NCBI RefSeq assembly: GCF_009914755.1
Contig: NC_060927.1
Reading direction: 5' to 3' (one strand)
Source of the DNA: the human T2T-CHM13v2.0 reference genome, Homo sapiens
DNA: 64,000 nt
Position 1 is the first letter of the stretch; every line of letters starts with the position of its first letter. Position numbers and translations under genes: made by a program. The notes under the pieces are model-generated. The model was given only the letters and a program-made list of their open reading frames with translations, was not told where the DNA came from and made no database searches. Below are positions 1-11,651 of this stretch, one piece after another.

Positions 1-2064
1 GCCCTGCTGCCCCCTCCTCAGTGGGCCTGCGTCCCTGGGGCTGGTACCTGGCACACCACGTGCCCAGGAAGGGTGGGCAACTCGGTTGGCCTGGGCTTCT
101 GAGGGCACAGGAGAGCTGGGCTGGTTCTGCCTGCGCATTTTCTGTGGAATGCAGACCATGCTGGCAACACCAGGGCCTCGGGACACCTCTGCTTCTGACG
201 CAGGCCCAGGACAAGGGGTGATGCCCTGTGGTGAGCTGCAGCTGCTCCCAACCCAGGCCGGGTGGGCGGGTGCTTCAAGGCAGGCTTCCCAGAAGAGGAG
301 GAGCCTGTGCGGGGGCTGGAGGAAGGTCAGCAGGGTGACCTCAGGGGAAATAAGTTGTTCCCTCTGTCTCCAGAACAGAGGAGCAGAACAAGCATCATGT
401 GCAAAGCTCGTGGTGAACCGGGGAAAGCACAAAGCACCCCCGTGACGGAGGGTGGGGGTAGGGTAGGAAGAGAGGCTGGCAGGGGGAGGGCGACTCTCTG
501 CTTCCTCCGGGGGCCTCTGTGGCTCCGTCTGTGGCTGTCCAGAGCAGTTGCCAAGTATGCCCCTGGGGCCTGTCACTTCTTCATGCCTTGGTTTCCTCAT
601 CCATGTAAAGGGGGCAGTCGTGGCCCCTCCCCACCCACCCGGTGGTCAAGATGCCTTGGGGAACCTGGCATAGGGCCGGCCCTTCAAATTTCTTTGCTCT
701 GGTCCTCACAGAGACCCCAGGGCCACGTGATTTGTGGTGTGGTCCCGAAAAGGCACTGAGGGATGGTGTCGGGAGGGGACCCCATGTTGCTGCCTTCAAA
801 CCCTGTGCTCCTTCAGATGAGCCCCCAGCTGCCATGGTGGCATTCCCCGCTGGGCCAGGGTTGCTCCATAGGGCTGAGGCAGAGTATGGCATGGCGGTTA
901 GAAGAGATCCCCAAACTCCCACCCTCCCTTTCCAGCTCCACTCCCACCCATGCACCAACCCATCAATAGTGCAGGCTGCTGCAAAGAGGCATGCATGGGG
1001 CTGGGGGTGGGTAGGGGGCTCCCAGCAGGCTCTCCATGGCTGGGGCTGGAATCCAAGGCTAGCAGCTCAGGCCCCTGGAGGCAGCCTGCTGCTGGTCAGG
1101 TGGCAGATTGTGTTTTCCAAAGACTGCCTCCCCTGCACATCCGTCCTGCAGGGCTTTGCAATGCACAGTGGGCCTGTCACCCCTGCCAGAAGAGGGGGCT
1201 GTGCTCTGTTCCCTGGAGAGCCATGGGGCTTGTCACCAATCTGCCTGATGCAGCGTAGCCCAGCGGTGGTGCCCTCCAGGCTTCTGAGCCCCAAACCCCC
1301 GCTTCTCCTCCTCTGTACTTCCTCTCCCTGCCCCCCTGGATGGGAGCTGTGCATGGACACATAAGAAGGTCGGCTGCCCTGAAGCCACCATGCTGGAGAG
1401 GCTGTGGAAAGGCCCCACAGAGCTAGACAGAGCTGCCAAAGAGCCCCGCCCCAGGGGAGTCTTGCCAGACAGGTGGGTGAGGAGCTGCAGCCTGTGCAAG
1501 TCCCAGCTGAGGCCTCGGACACTGGGACAGAGACCAGCCTTTCCCACTGTCCTCTCTGAATTCCCTGCAGAGACCATAAGAGAGAAGAGCAGCTACTGGC
1601 TGAAGCCACTACATTTTAGGGCGACTTGTGATGCTGCAGCAACTGATAGCAACTGCACCCCCACAGCCCCTGATGGATGCTCTGCCTGGCACCAGGCTCT
1701 GTGCCCCTGAGAAGATGGGCTCCCTGGCTTGCAGAGCTGCTATTTGTGGGGCCGGAATAATAAACAGCTGAATGGACCAGAGACTATCAGTTGGTTAAAT
1801 GGGACTGGGATGCATTTTCCATCAGGGAATCAATCGGGGCTCCTCTGAAGAGGTGATATGAGCTCTGAGGCCTGGAGAAGGAAGAGATGGCTCTGGGAGC
1901 TGGGACCAGGCAGCCCAGCCCAGGATTGCTGTGATGGCCTCTGCTGGGTATGGCCCCCAGAGGCCTGCTGGCCTGTGAGCTCTATGGGGGTGCACAGGGC
2001 ACTGGTTCTGCCCAAGAGGAAACGCCAGCAGTGGAGTTGGTGCTGGTGTAAGAGCAACAGCAAA

Positions 2065-3920
2065 GGTATTTTTTTAACTTTTTATATTGAAATAATGATA
2101 ATCTGTAACAATTACAGATTCACAGGAAGTTGGAAAGATAATAGAGAGAGAAGCCTGTGTACCCTTCACCCAGTTTCCCCCAATGGTCACATTCTACATA
2201 ACCACCACACATCAGAAAAGGGACATTGGCACTGGTGTGACAAGGGTGTCAAGCCCTGTGTCACTTTATCACACATGGAGATCCATGTTTCTGTCCCTGT
2301 AACCAGGATACAGAGCTGTTCCCTCTCCATGGAGACCCCCTGGTACTCCCTTTCACAGTGACAATCACCCCCCTACCCCAGCTCCTGGCAGCCGCCAATC
2401 TCCTCTCCATCTCTATGATTTTGTTATTTCAAAAATGTTATATAAATGGAATTATGCCATTTACATTTTCTGTAATTACTGACATAACTTCAGTCTGCTG
2501 TTTTATTTTTTGCTTTGTTTGTTCCTGTGTTTGTTGGTGGTGGTGTTTCTCTATTTTCTTTTTTTTGCCTTGCTGAGTGTTACTTGGACATATTTAAGCA
2601 TCTATTTTGGTTTTTGTACAGTGTTTTTAGTGTATATCTTTGTATAGATTTCTAGTGGCTGCCATACTGCATTATACATATGTACTTATCACAGTCTACT
2701 GCCATCAACATTTTACCATTTCGAGTGACATGTAGAAAGCTTCCCTCTCTTTGTGTCCCTTTTCCCCTTCCATTTATAATATAATTATCCTAAATATTTT
2801 TTCTACATACATTGAGACATTCGACAATGCTATAATTTTTGCTTCAACCACCAAATGTAACTTAGAAACCTTCAGAGAAGGGGTCCATTGTATTTACCCA
2901 TAGTTTTGCTCTTTCCATTGTACTTTCTTCCTGATGTCTCAAGATTCCTTCCTTATCACTTTCTTTCCATGAGAAGAACTTCCTTTGGCCCTCCTTTCAC
3001 AGTAGGTTTGCTGGCAACAAACTTACTTTTCCCTTCACCTGAGAAGGTCTTGATTCCTCCTCATTCCTGAGGGATAGTTTCACTGGGTATAGAATTTATG
3101 GTTGACAGCTCTTTTCTTATGGCACTTAAAAACGTTCCACTTATTTCTTGCCTCCATGCTTTCTGATGAGACATCCATGTTTTTTGGAAGGTGGTTACGT
3201 GGCTGCTTTCAAAATTGGGGTTTGTTGTTGTTTAGTTTTTGGAAGTCTGACTGTGATATGTCTTGGTGTGGATTTCCTTGGGTTTATAACGTTTGGAGTT
3301 CATTCAGCTTCTTAAATCCTTACATTTATGTCTTTTGCCAAGTTTAGGAGATTGCTTCTTCAATATTTTTTCGGCTTTGTCCTCTTTCTCTTCTCCTCCT
3401 GGCAATTAGATGACATGAATATTAGATCTTTTGTTATCTCTCAGAGAACTCTTTTCTCCCACCCCTAGTCTATTTTCTCTCTGTTTCAGACTGGGTGGTT
3501 TATATTGCTCTATCTCCAGGTTCACTGCATCTTTCCTTTGTCCCCTCTGTTCTGCTTTGGAGTTATCGATTAAGTTTTTATTCTGATTATTGTATGTTTT
3601 TAAAAAATTCTAAAGTGTCCATTTGGTTCTCTTTATAACTTCTATTTCCTTGCTGAAACATTCTTTATTTTCATTTGTTTCAAGCATGTTCATAATTGCT
3701 CATCAAAGCACCTTTAGGATGGCTGCTTTAAAAGCCTCATCAGGTAATCCTGATATTCCTTCCTGTTCAACATATACCAGTATTGGTGTATGCTGATTGT
3801 ATTTTCTGGTACAACTGACATTTCTCTGGTTCTTGCTATGACAGGTGATTTTCTTATTGGATCTTGAAAGTTTGGGGTATTGTATGTTGAGACTCTGGAT
3901 TACATTTCAATCTTCTGTTT
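2065..3920 (-). mobile_element. Old LINE-1 fragments (L1MC-like 3' end at ~2065-2460 plus further L1M sequence), antisense
   Basis: Abrupt T-rich block with L1MC-type text 'agattcacaggaagttg...tacccttcacccagtttcccccaatggt' and 'ttttgttatttcaaaaatgttatataaatggaat'. Confidence 0.75.
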
Positions 3921-4768
3921 CACAGCTGGCCTCTCCTGACCCCATATGGTAGACAGAGAGGGGTGCTGCCCCATTACATCAGGAATGGGGGAGGGAAACC
4001 CAGCATCCCCACTTTAACCCAGGTGTTTTTAGCACAATGAGAAAACTTGGGTTGCTTCCCTCATCTCCAGGGAAGCAGGAGGCTGATCTCTTGCTGCCCT
4101 GCTTCTTGGCAGGGCAGTGGGGGCAAGGGCTGCTAGGCCTTAAAAAGAGGGTGCCAGGGATGGCTTTTCCAGAGGCTATGGCCCTGGAGAGGGCTCCCAT
4201 ACTTGGGAACATCTTTGGTGACCTGACTGTGACCCCCAGGATGACAAGCAGCATTCTGGGAGTGGTAGGAGCTGGACTGAGCCACGGACTGCAAACTGGA
4301 GGCCTGCTGGCTGGGATCTTCACACTTTTGAAAGGTCTTGTTCACTCCACACTCTCCCAATAACATGTGCATGCATTCCACCGATTACTGCTGCTGCAGC
4401 CCTGGCCTGCTCCGGCATTTGGCCCATCTCACTATTTACCTCCATCAACTACTTGGCCCCTGAAGTCATCTGAGTTTGCAGCCCCAGGAGGAGGCAGTGC
4501 CAAGTCCCCCCAGTCTCCAGGGATTGCTTGCATGTGTGTGGGCAGGTGGGGGGCAGGGGGAGGGACTCTGCTACTCTGTCTTTTGTGCAATAAAGTATTG
4601 ACATTGACCTGGTTTTGTCTCCAGACCGGGAGTGGGGTGGTGACAGACCTACGCCCAGAGTGGTCAAAGGGAAAGGAAGCCAAGGAGGGCTCCTGGGGTG
4701 GGGTGGGGGCTGCAGAGAGGCTTCCTGGAGGAGGGGAGAAGGAGCTTGGGCCTTGAAAAATGAATGGT

Positions 4769-4917
4769 GGCTGGGCACAGTGGCTTACGCCTTAATCCCA
4801 GCACTTTGGGAGGCTGAGGCAGGAGGATCACTTGAGTCCAAGAGTTTGAGACCAGCCTGGCCAAGATAGGTAGACCCCATCTCTACAAAATTAAAAAAAA
4901 ATAAAAATAAAAATAAA
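4769..4917 (+). mobile_element. Alu monomer (FLAM/left-arm-like)
   Basis: ggctgggcacagtggct...cccagcactttgggaggctgaggcaggaggatcacttgag...agaccagcctgg, then an A-rich tail; no right arm. Confidence 0.9.
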
Positions 4918-5499
4918 GAGGAAAGGGCCAGGTGGGGACCCTCTTGGCCAGGAGCACAGCATGAGGAAAGGCCTGATGTGGAGGTGTCTTTGGAGCAAGA
5001 GTACAGTGTGCAAAGAGCACTGGGTACCAGGGAGACATGGCTGTAGGGTGGCCTGTTGGCCCCACAGGGTCCTGAGCGCAGGCATCTCCACACTACCCAC
5101 TGTGCCACATGGCAGAACATGGGTTGCAGCGCCCACAGGGGAGCCACACCACTTGCTCTGGAAACTGGGCCCCACCACCACCTGGCTGTGGCCTTGGTCA
5201 GAACAGCCCCTGACTTGCTGCTGTGTCCACATGTGTAGATGGGTGACAGCAGTCTGCCCACCTCATAGAGGAGCTCAGCGGATAAGCACGTGGATTCCTG
5301 CCTTGTGCGTGCTGAGCATTTGGTCCCAGCTGGATGTGGCGGAAGGTGGACAGCGGGTGGGCTGTGCTGGCTGTGGAGGTGCAGATCGGGGCTGCAGTGG
5401 CTCCTGGTGGGTTTGACCTGTCCTGCATCCAGGCCCACTTGTTTGAAAACTGCACCTGGATTTTCTTTGGGGTAACCACTTCCCCAGTTCCACCTACTC

Positions 5500-5810
5500 A
5501 CTCTGGAGAGGTCCCTGATCTCAGCCAACTATAGGGCCACAGTGATGGGTTCAAGGGGGCTACACGATCCAATCTGGTTCACTGAGGCTTCATTCTGGGA
5601 ACTTTCCTGGACCTATGAGGAAAGAAAAGCTTGGAGCTGCCAAGGCCACCAGGAGCAGAAGGGCTGTGTGGGCATGAACCAAGCCAGTGGCCAGCAGAAC
5701 CCTGCTGTGCCCAAGATCCTGTAGGTCTGAGCTGCTGCTCATTTGAGCCAATAGATGCCTCTTGGAGCCTACGTCCAGTTGGGTTTCTGTCACTTGCAAC
5801 CAGCAGCAGG
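5500..5810 (+). mobile_element. MLT1-type (ERVL-MaLR) LTR remnant, left boundary uncertain
   Basis: Ends in 'gttgggtttctgtcacttgcaacc', typical of MLT1 LTR 3' termini. Confidence 0.55.
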
Positions 5811-5944
5811 GGTGGGCAGAGAATGGTGCTGGGTGAGCCTTCTCTTTGGCATGCCTGCAGCTGGGCTGAGCCCTTCTCCTCCTGTGTAGGGAGGATAATC
5901 AGGCAAAACCCTCAGAGTTGGAGGATGAGTCCGTGAACACCAAC

Positions 5945-6130
5945 CATAGGCATCACCTCTTTTCAGGCTTCTGCAATAGTCAGCAGTCTCCCCACATCCA
6001 TGCTAGCTCCCAATGTCCTCTCCACCCAGTGGCCAAAGTGGGCCTCCTAGAATGCAACAGTGATTCCATCTTGCCCCTACGTCCACTGTCAGCGGCTCCC
6101 TGTGGGCCTAGGCTCACAGTTTGACCCCAC
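5945..6130 (+). mobile_element. L2 fragment
   Basis: L2-like text 'ctctccacccagtggccaaagtgggcctcctagaatgcaacagtgattccatcttgccc...ggctccc'. Confidence 0.45.
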
Positions 6131-6454
6131 AGGGGCATGTGGGGATGAGCTGAGATGACCACAGTGCTCCACACTCACGACCCGGCACAGGGGGCATCTG
6201 TTCCATGCCAGGCCGCAGGCAGGGTGACAACAAAGTGCACAAGGCCCTGACACCATAAGCAGGGAGGACAAGGGAGGGAACAGTGACAATAAAGTGGTGA
6301 CACGGGAAGTCAGAGGGAGGAGGGCCACCCAGGGTCTCCCAGGTGGGAGAATGGGTGTAAGTGCCACAGACATAGGGGGAAGATGAACCTGTGTGCCAAG
6401 GGACAGGGAGGTTGGCATGTGTGCACGGGAAGGAGAGAGGTGGGAAGCAGGTCC

Positions 6455-6870
6455 AAGTGTGCGTGTTCTCGCATGTGTGAGTGGATGTGCATGTGCATGC
6501 TTGCATATGAGTATATGTGTGCATGCTTGCATGGTGGAGTGTACGTGTGTGCCTGCATGTGTGAATGTACATGTGTGCTTGCATGTGTGTGTGCATGTGT
6601 GTGTGAGTGTGCCTGTGTGTATCTGCTTGCATGTGTGTGCTAGCGTGTGTATGTGTGCTTGCATGTGTGAGTGGATGTGCATGTGTGTGCTTGCATGTGT
6701 GTGTGCTTGCATGTGTGTGTGTGCTTGCATGTTTGAGTATATGCATGCGTGTGCCTGTGTGTGCATGTGTGCTTGCATGCGTGTTTGCACTTGTGTGTGT
6801 GTTTGCATGAGTGTATGTGTGTGTTTGTATGTTTGAGTGTGTGTGCGCGTATGTGTGCACATGTGTGGAG
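6455..6870. repeat. Degenerate (TG)n / GTGCTTGCATGT low-complexity repeat
   Basis: About 400 nt of mostly alternating purine-pyrimidine sequence with recurrent gtgcttgcatgtgt units; generates the His/Thr-rich spurious ORFs. Confidence 0.9.
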
Positions 6871-7814
6871 GCATTTCATGTGTTAAAAGATGCCACTAGA
6901 GGGTCTGAGCAGAGGGGTCTCCCCAGCTGTCTATTAGATCCCTGTGGACCACAGTGTGGAGAGCAGAGTTGGGAGGACTGCGCTGGCAACTAAGGGTCCC
7001 CATGTCCTCCAGGCAGGAGGTGACAGAAGCAGGGGAAGTGAGACAAGGATGGGTTAGGAATATTTGTCAGTGGTGGTGCCAGTTCCAAAGTGGGCTCAGG
7101 CAGGAATCCAGATGCCCCCCCAACCAGCTTTGAACCCAGTGACCAGGGATCTGAGGGCCATTCCCCAGAGCTGGGGGTGCCTGGATCCTCCCCATCTCCT
7201 TCCTCACCCAGTAGCAGTGGGGCTGCCTCAAGGGGAAGGAGATCCCAAGTATACTTTTGCAGAAAGCTCTGACTCGTACAAATGCAGAACAGTCCCCAGA
7301 GCTGCCCCAGGGGCAGGAGCATGGGAAAGCACCAAAAGAAGCTCCTCTCCAGACCCCCCTGAAATGGAACCATGTTCCTAGGAATCTCCTGCACTACTCT
7401 ACAAACTCCCCAGCCCTCTGAGCTGCCGAAGGCAAACAGAAGCTAAACCAACATGGGAAACCCAGAGGGAAGAGCCCAGCAGCCTGCTGAGTCACTTCCC
7501 CTCTATTTGATGTGGGGTCAGGAGCCCCAAAGTCACAGACCCCGGCTCCAACCCCAGCTCCTCCAAGGTTGCTCACCTCCAACTTCTCTGTCTGCATTTG
7601 GGGTGCTGCAGTCCCTCCTCAGAGGGCAGTGTCAGGACCCAGTGTGGTCACACCAGGAGCTCAGAGCTAAACAGAGGGCAGCTGCTGCCGGGGCCAGACA
7701 AGAGCCGCAGGGGCTCTAGAGCCTGCCTCACACAGCCCATCCATAGCAAGAGGCACTTGCCTCTGTCCCCACAAACTGCCTGTGCAGTCTTCTCCCCACC
7801 TTCCTGTGGCGGCA

Positions 7815-8135
7815 CAGCCTTTTCCTTATTGACTCTTGGGAGTTCTTTATATATTCAGGATACACATCCTTTGACAATTAGATGTGTTATAAGCCATCTC
7901 TTTCTAGATCCTGACTTGTCTCATTATTTCATTATTTATAACTTTTAATGAGCAAAAGTAACTAATTTTAATGTAGTCAAATTGACTCATATTTTCCTTT
8001 CTTTATTTTTTTAGTATCTTGTTTATGAAATCCTCCCCTAGCCCAGGGACAGGAAGCGAATCTGCTCTCTGGTCTCCTAAAAACCTTAGAATTTTCTGTG
8101 TGGCGCTGAGACCTAGGCCACCTGGAATCCACAGT
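7815..8135 (-). mobile_element. L1M ORF2 fragment, antisense
   Basis: 'gagttctttatatattcaggatacacatcctttg...ttttaatgagcaaaagt...ttttaatgtagtcaaatt' is characteristic of antisense L1. Confidence 0.7.
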
Positions 8136-8744
8136 TGCTCATGATGGGAGAAGGAATTCCAGGGCATAATGAGAGGGTCACATGAGCAGATTCTCACTGT
8201 GATGGCTTTTGCTGCTGCTGTCTGGGGACTGGACAGAAAGGTGTTACCAAGTACAGCAGGCAGAGCAGAGAGGAGGTGCTCCTTCCTGAGGAGCCCAGAG
8301 TGGGGATGGAGGGAAGTGGAAAGTTCTGGAATATATTTTTGGGAAGAATCCACCAGGCTGAGGGATGCAGGGGACATGGGGAGCATGGAGGTTCCCAGTA
8401 GGGCAACCTGGGGGATGTGGCATGTTTCGCAGAGATGGGGAAAATGAGGGAGGCACCTGGTTAACCAGGAGCTTGGTCCTGGACACGTAGACTCCAGCGG
8501 CCCTGGACCTTCCCAAGACGCAGCTGGAGACAGGGGGCTCTACCAGAGAGGAGAGGCCTAGGCTCTCCTGGGCACCGTGAGTACAGAGCAGGAAGCTCCT
8601 TGAGGAGTGTCTGCCTTGGGGCAAAAGGGCGGGAACAGGCAGACAGCAGGGACAGCCCCTGGTGCTGGTGACAGGTGGCGCAGACAAGAGCTGGTGAACA
8701 TTCCCCGAGGTCAGCCATGGTGTCCACACTCACTGTGTCCCTCA

Positions 8745-9085
8745 CCACAGCTCTGCAAGCTCTCACGTCCATTTCACAGATGAGGAAATCGAGGCTCGGA
8801 GAGCAGTCAGGACTTGCTCTGCCTTCACCAGCCATGAGGATGGATTTGCGCCCACACGTGTGCCTCGGTAGTCCGTGAGGAAAGAAAGCGCTCCAGTCTT
8901 GTTTGCCAGGGAAGGGAGGGGAAGTACAGCCCAGTGGCTGGGTCAAGACCACAGACTGGAGAAGCCAGACTCCTGGGATTAGCCTCCCAGCCCGGCCTCC
9001 TATCCACTGGGGAACTTGAGCACGTCTCCAGCCTCAGCCCACCCATCTGTAGAAGGTAGCAGAGCCAGCACTGTATTAGTGCTTG
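8745..9085. mobile_element. MIR fragments (two, opposite orientations)
   Basis: Core 'ccatttcacagatgaggaaatcgaggctc' at ~8769-8798, and the opposite-orientation 'gcctcagcccacccatctgtagaagg' at ~9031-9056. Confidence 0.6.
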
Positions 9086-9163
9086 GGAAATAAAATAATA
9101 AATATAACTTTTGAGGAAGATGTTCTGCCTCATTCAGGGACATGTAAGTTAAAACCACAATGA

Positions 9164-9718
<555 letters not shown>

Positions 9719-11294
9719 CAGACAAGCAAAACCACCTAGTTGAAAAACCAGTTCATGCCACTAGATTTGCAAAACTAAAGAGTGCCAAATATTGGTGAGG
9801 ATGTGGGACAGCCAGACCCTTCCACACTCCTGCTAAGCTGCTGGGAGTGTAAACTGGGGCTGTCACTTGGGAAGACGGTTTTGCTGTATCTCCTGAAGCT
9901 AGACAAATCCTACCCCGTGACCCTGCAGACCGTCCCTGGATCTAAAGGTGCCCACCGAGAGGCACACACAGGATGCTCATCACAGCTTTGCTCATCATGG
10001 CTCCAGATAGGCGACAATCCCATGTCCATCGGCAGGAGAATGGGCGAGCAGGAGCCCAACAAAACAGGCTGCGAAGACGATGCCTGCGAGCAGCCGCCCT
10101 GTGCCCTCACCACACAGAGCAGACAGAGCAAACAGCACAGGCTGAGTGACCCCGTTTCTGTAATGCCCAGAACAAGCCACCCAAAACAGCGTCCCATTCT
10201 GGGGTGCAAATATAAGAGGTCACACCCAAAGAAAAGCACTTAAAGATGAACACAAAAATGAGGGTTGTGGCTGCTCCTGGGGAGGGAGGAGCGGGGTGAG
10301 ACGCGGAGGGACACCTGGGCCCGGTATGAGTCCATTCCCTTTCCCTGTTAACCATGTGAACTGTAGAGAGTTCCTCTTCTGTAGGGGTGACGTGATTCAC
10401 ACAGCAAAAACCGCACCCCTCAGGCTACAGATGGGGGCCAAGTCCCCAGCCGGGACTCAGCCCTCCCACGACGGGGTTTTCCTGGCCCATCTGCTCTGTT
10501 ATCGATGCTCCTGTTGCCGGCTTCCCCTTCCTTGGCCTGGTTGCGTCCACCGGGAGGCCCTCCCGGATGCCTCCTGCCTGGGAGTGGCGGTTGTGAGTAC
10601 AGTAACTGAGTGCTGGGTGTCTGCCCCTCAGCCTTGCCATGCAGGCTGGGGGTATTGCCTGGACAGCTCTGGCCCGTCACCCTGGATTCTGCAGCCCCAC
10701 ACCTCACACCGTGTAGATCCGCTGCCCCACGCTACAGCCGGAGTTCGCGTCTCGCCACGCCTCTGCCGCGGGACTTTCCTCCCTGGGCTGCGTCCCCAGC
10801 CGGGAATGCGCCACCAGCCTGGGGCCTGCAGGGGGCGCCCGGGCTCCCCGCGCAGGTGCCCGCCCATCTGACAGAGCGGAACGCGCGAGGCCGAGAGCTG
10901 GGAACACCCGGCCCCGCAAGGTCTGGGAACTGCGATTGCCTCCTTCAGCCTCAGTTTCCCCCCCCGTGAAAGGAGGCCATGCTCCTAGCCTGGGCACACT
11001 GAGCCAGGCCCTGTTCCTGGGGTCGCGGGCTAGCCCGCTCGAGAGCGGGGGGCTCCCGGAACTGCCCGCGCGGCCCCGGCGCCCAGAGAGTTGAGGCGGG
11101 CAGCCGTATCGCCCTTTGAAGACGCGCGGTGGGCCCCTGCAGGCGCGCGGCGCGGGGCAGAGCGCCCTCTGGAGGCCGCCGCCGGCCCCGCCCCCGCCCC
11201 GCCCCCGGGCTCTGGGCGGCGCATGCGCGCGGCGCGGGGCTCCGCGGGCGGCGAGAGCGAGGCCGGTCCGCAGCCGCGCGGCGCTCGGCGCCCC

Positions 11295-11467
11295 ATTCAT
11301 GCTGGGCATCGGCTGCGCGGCCACGCAGCGGAGCCCGGGCGCGGCGGCGGCCTCGGCCTGGGCGGCCTACGCGGCTTCGGCGGCCCCGCGGCGGGGCGGA
11401 CGGCGGCGGCGGCGCGGGCGGCTGGGCGCGGCGATGGCCGGCGGCGGGGCGCGCCCCGGGGCGGCGG
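11295..11467 (+). other. PLXNA1: Exon 1 (5'UTR, non-coding for main ORF; start approximate)
   Basis: Consensus donor CGG|GTGAGT at 11467/11468 inside the CpG island, just downstream of the GC boxes and NRF1 site. The next strong acceptor precedes the coding exon at 16701. Confidence 0.8.
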
Positions 11468-11615
11468 GTGAGTCGGGGCGCAACTTTCCCCGCGGCGCGG
11501 GACGGTGGGCGGGGGCCGGGCCGGGCTGGGGTCCGGGGCCGGGCGGCCCGTGGGTGGGCGCGGGGCGGCCTCCGGCGGCGGCCCTCTCGTGAGGCGGCAG
11601 GCAGGGGGTGTGCGC

Positions 11616-11651
11616 GGGGACTGCGGCGCGCGTGGGGACTGCGGCGCGCGT
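11616..11651 (+). repeat. 18-bp perfect tandem duplication GGGGACTGCGGCGCGCGT x2
   Basis: Read directly at the start of intron 1. Confidence 0.85.

Noticed and set aside
4589-4646. AATAAA with GT-rich downstream sequence as the 3' end of an upstream gene
   Set aside because: No convincing upstream exon structure; it could equally be chance or an old LTR remnant.
6089-6879. His/Thr-rich and Cys/Val-rich ORFs that look like metal-binding proteins
   Set aside because: They are translations of the (TG/CA) microsatellite.
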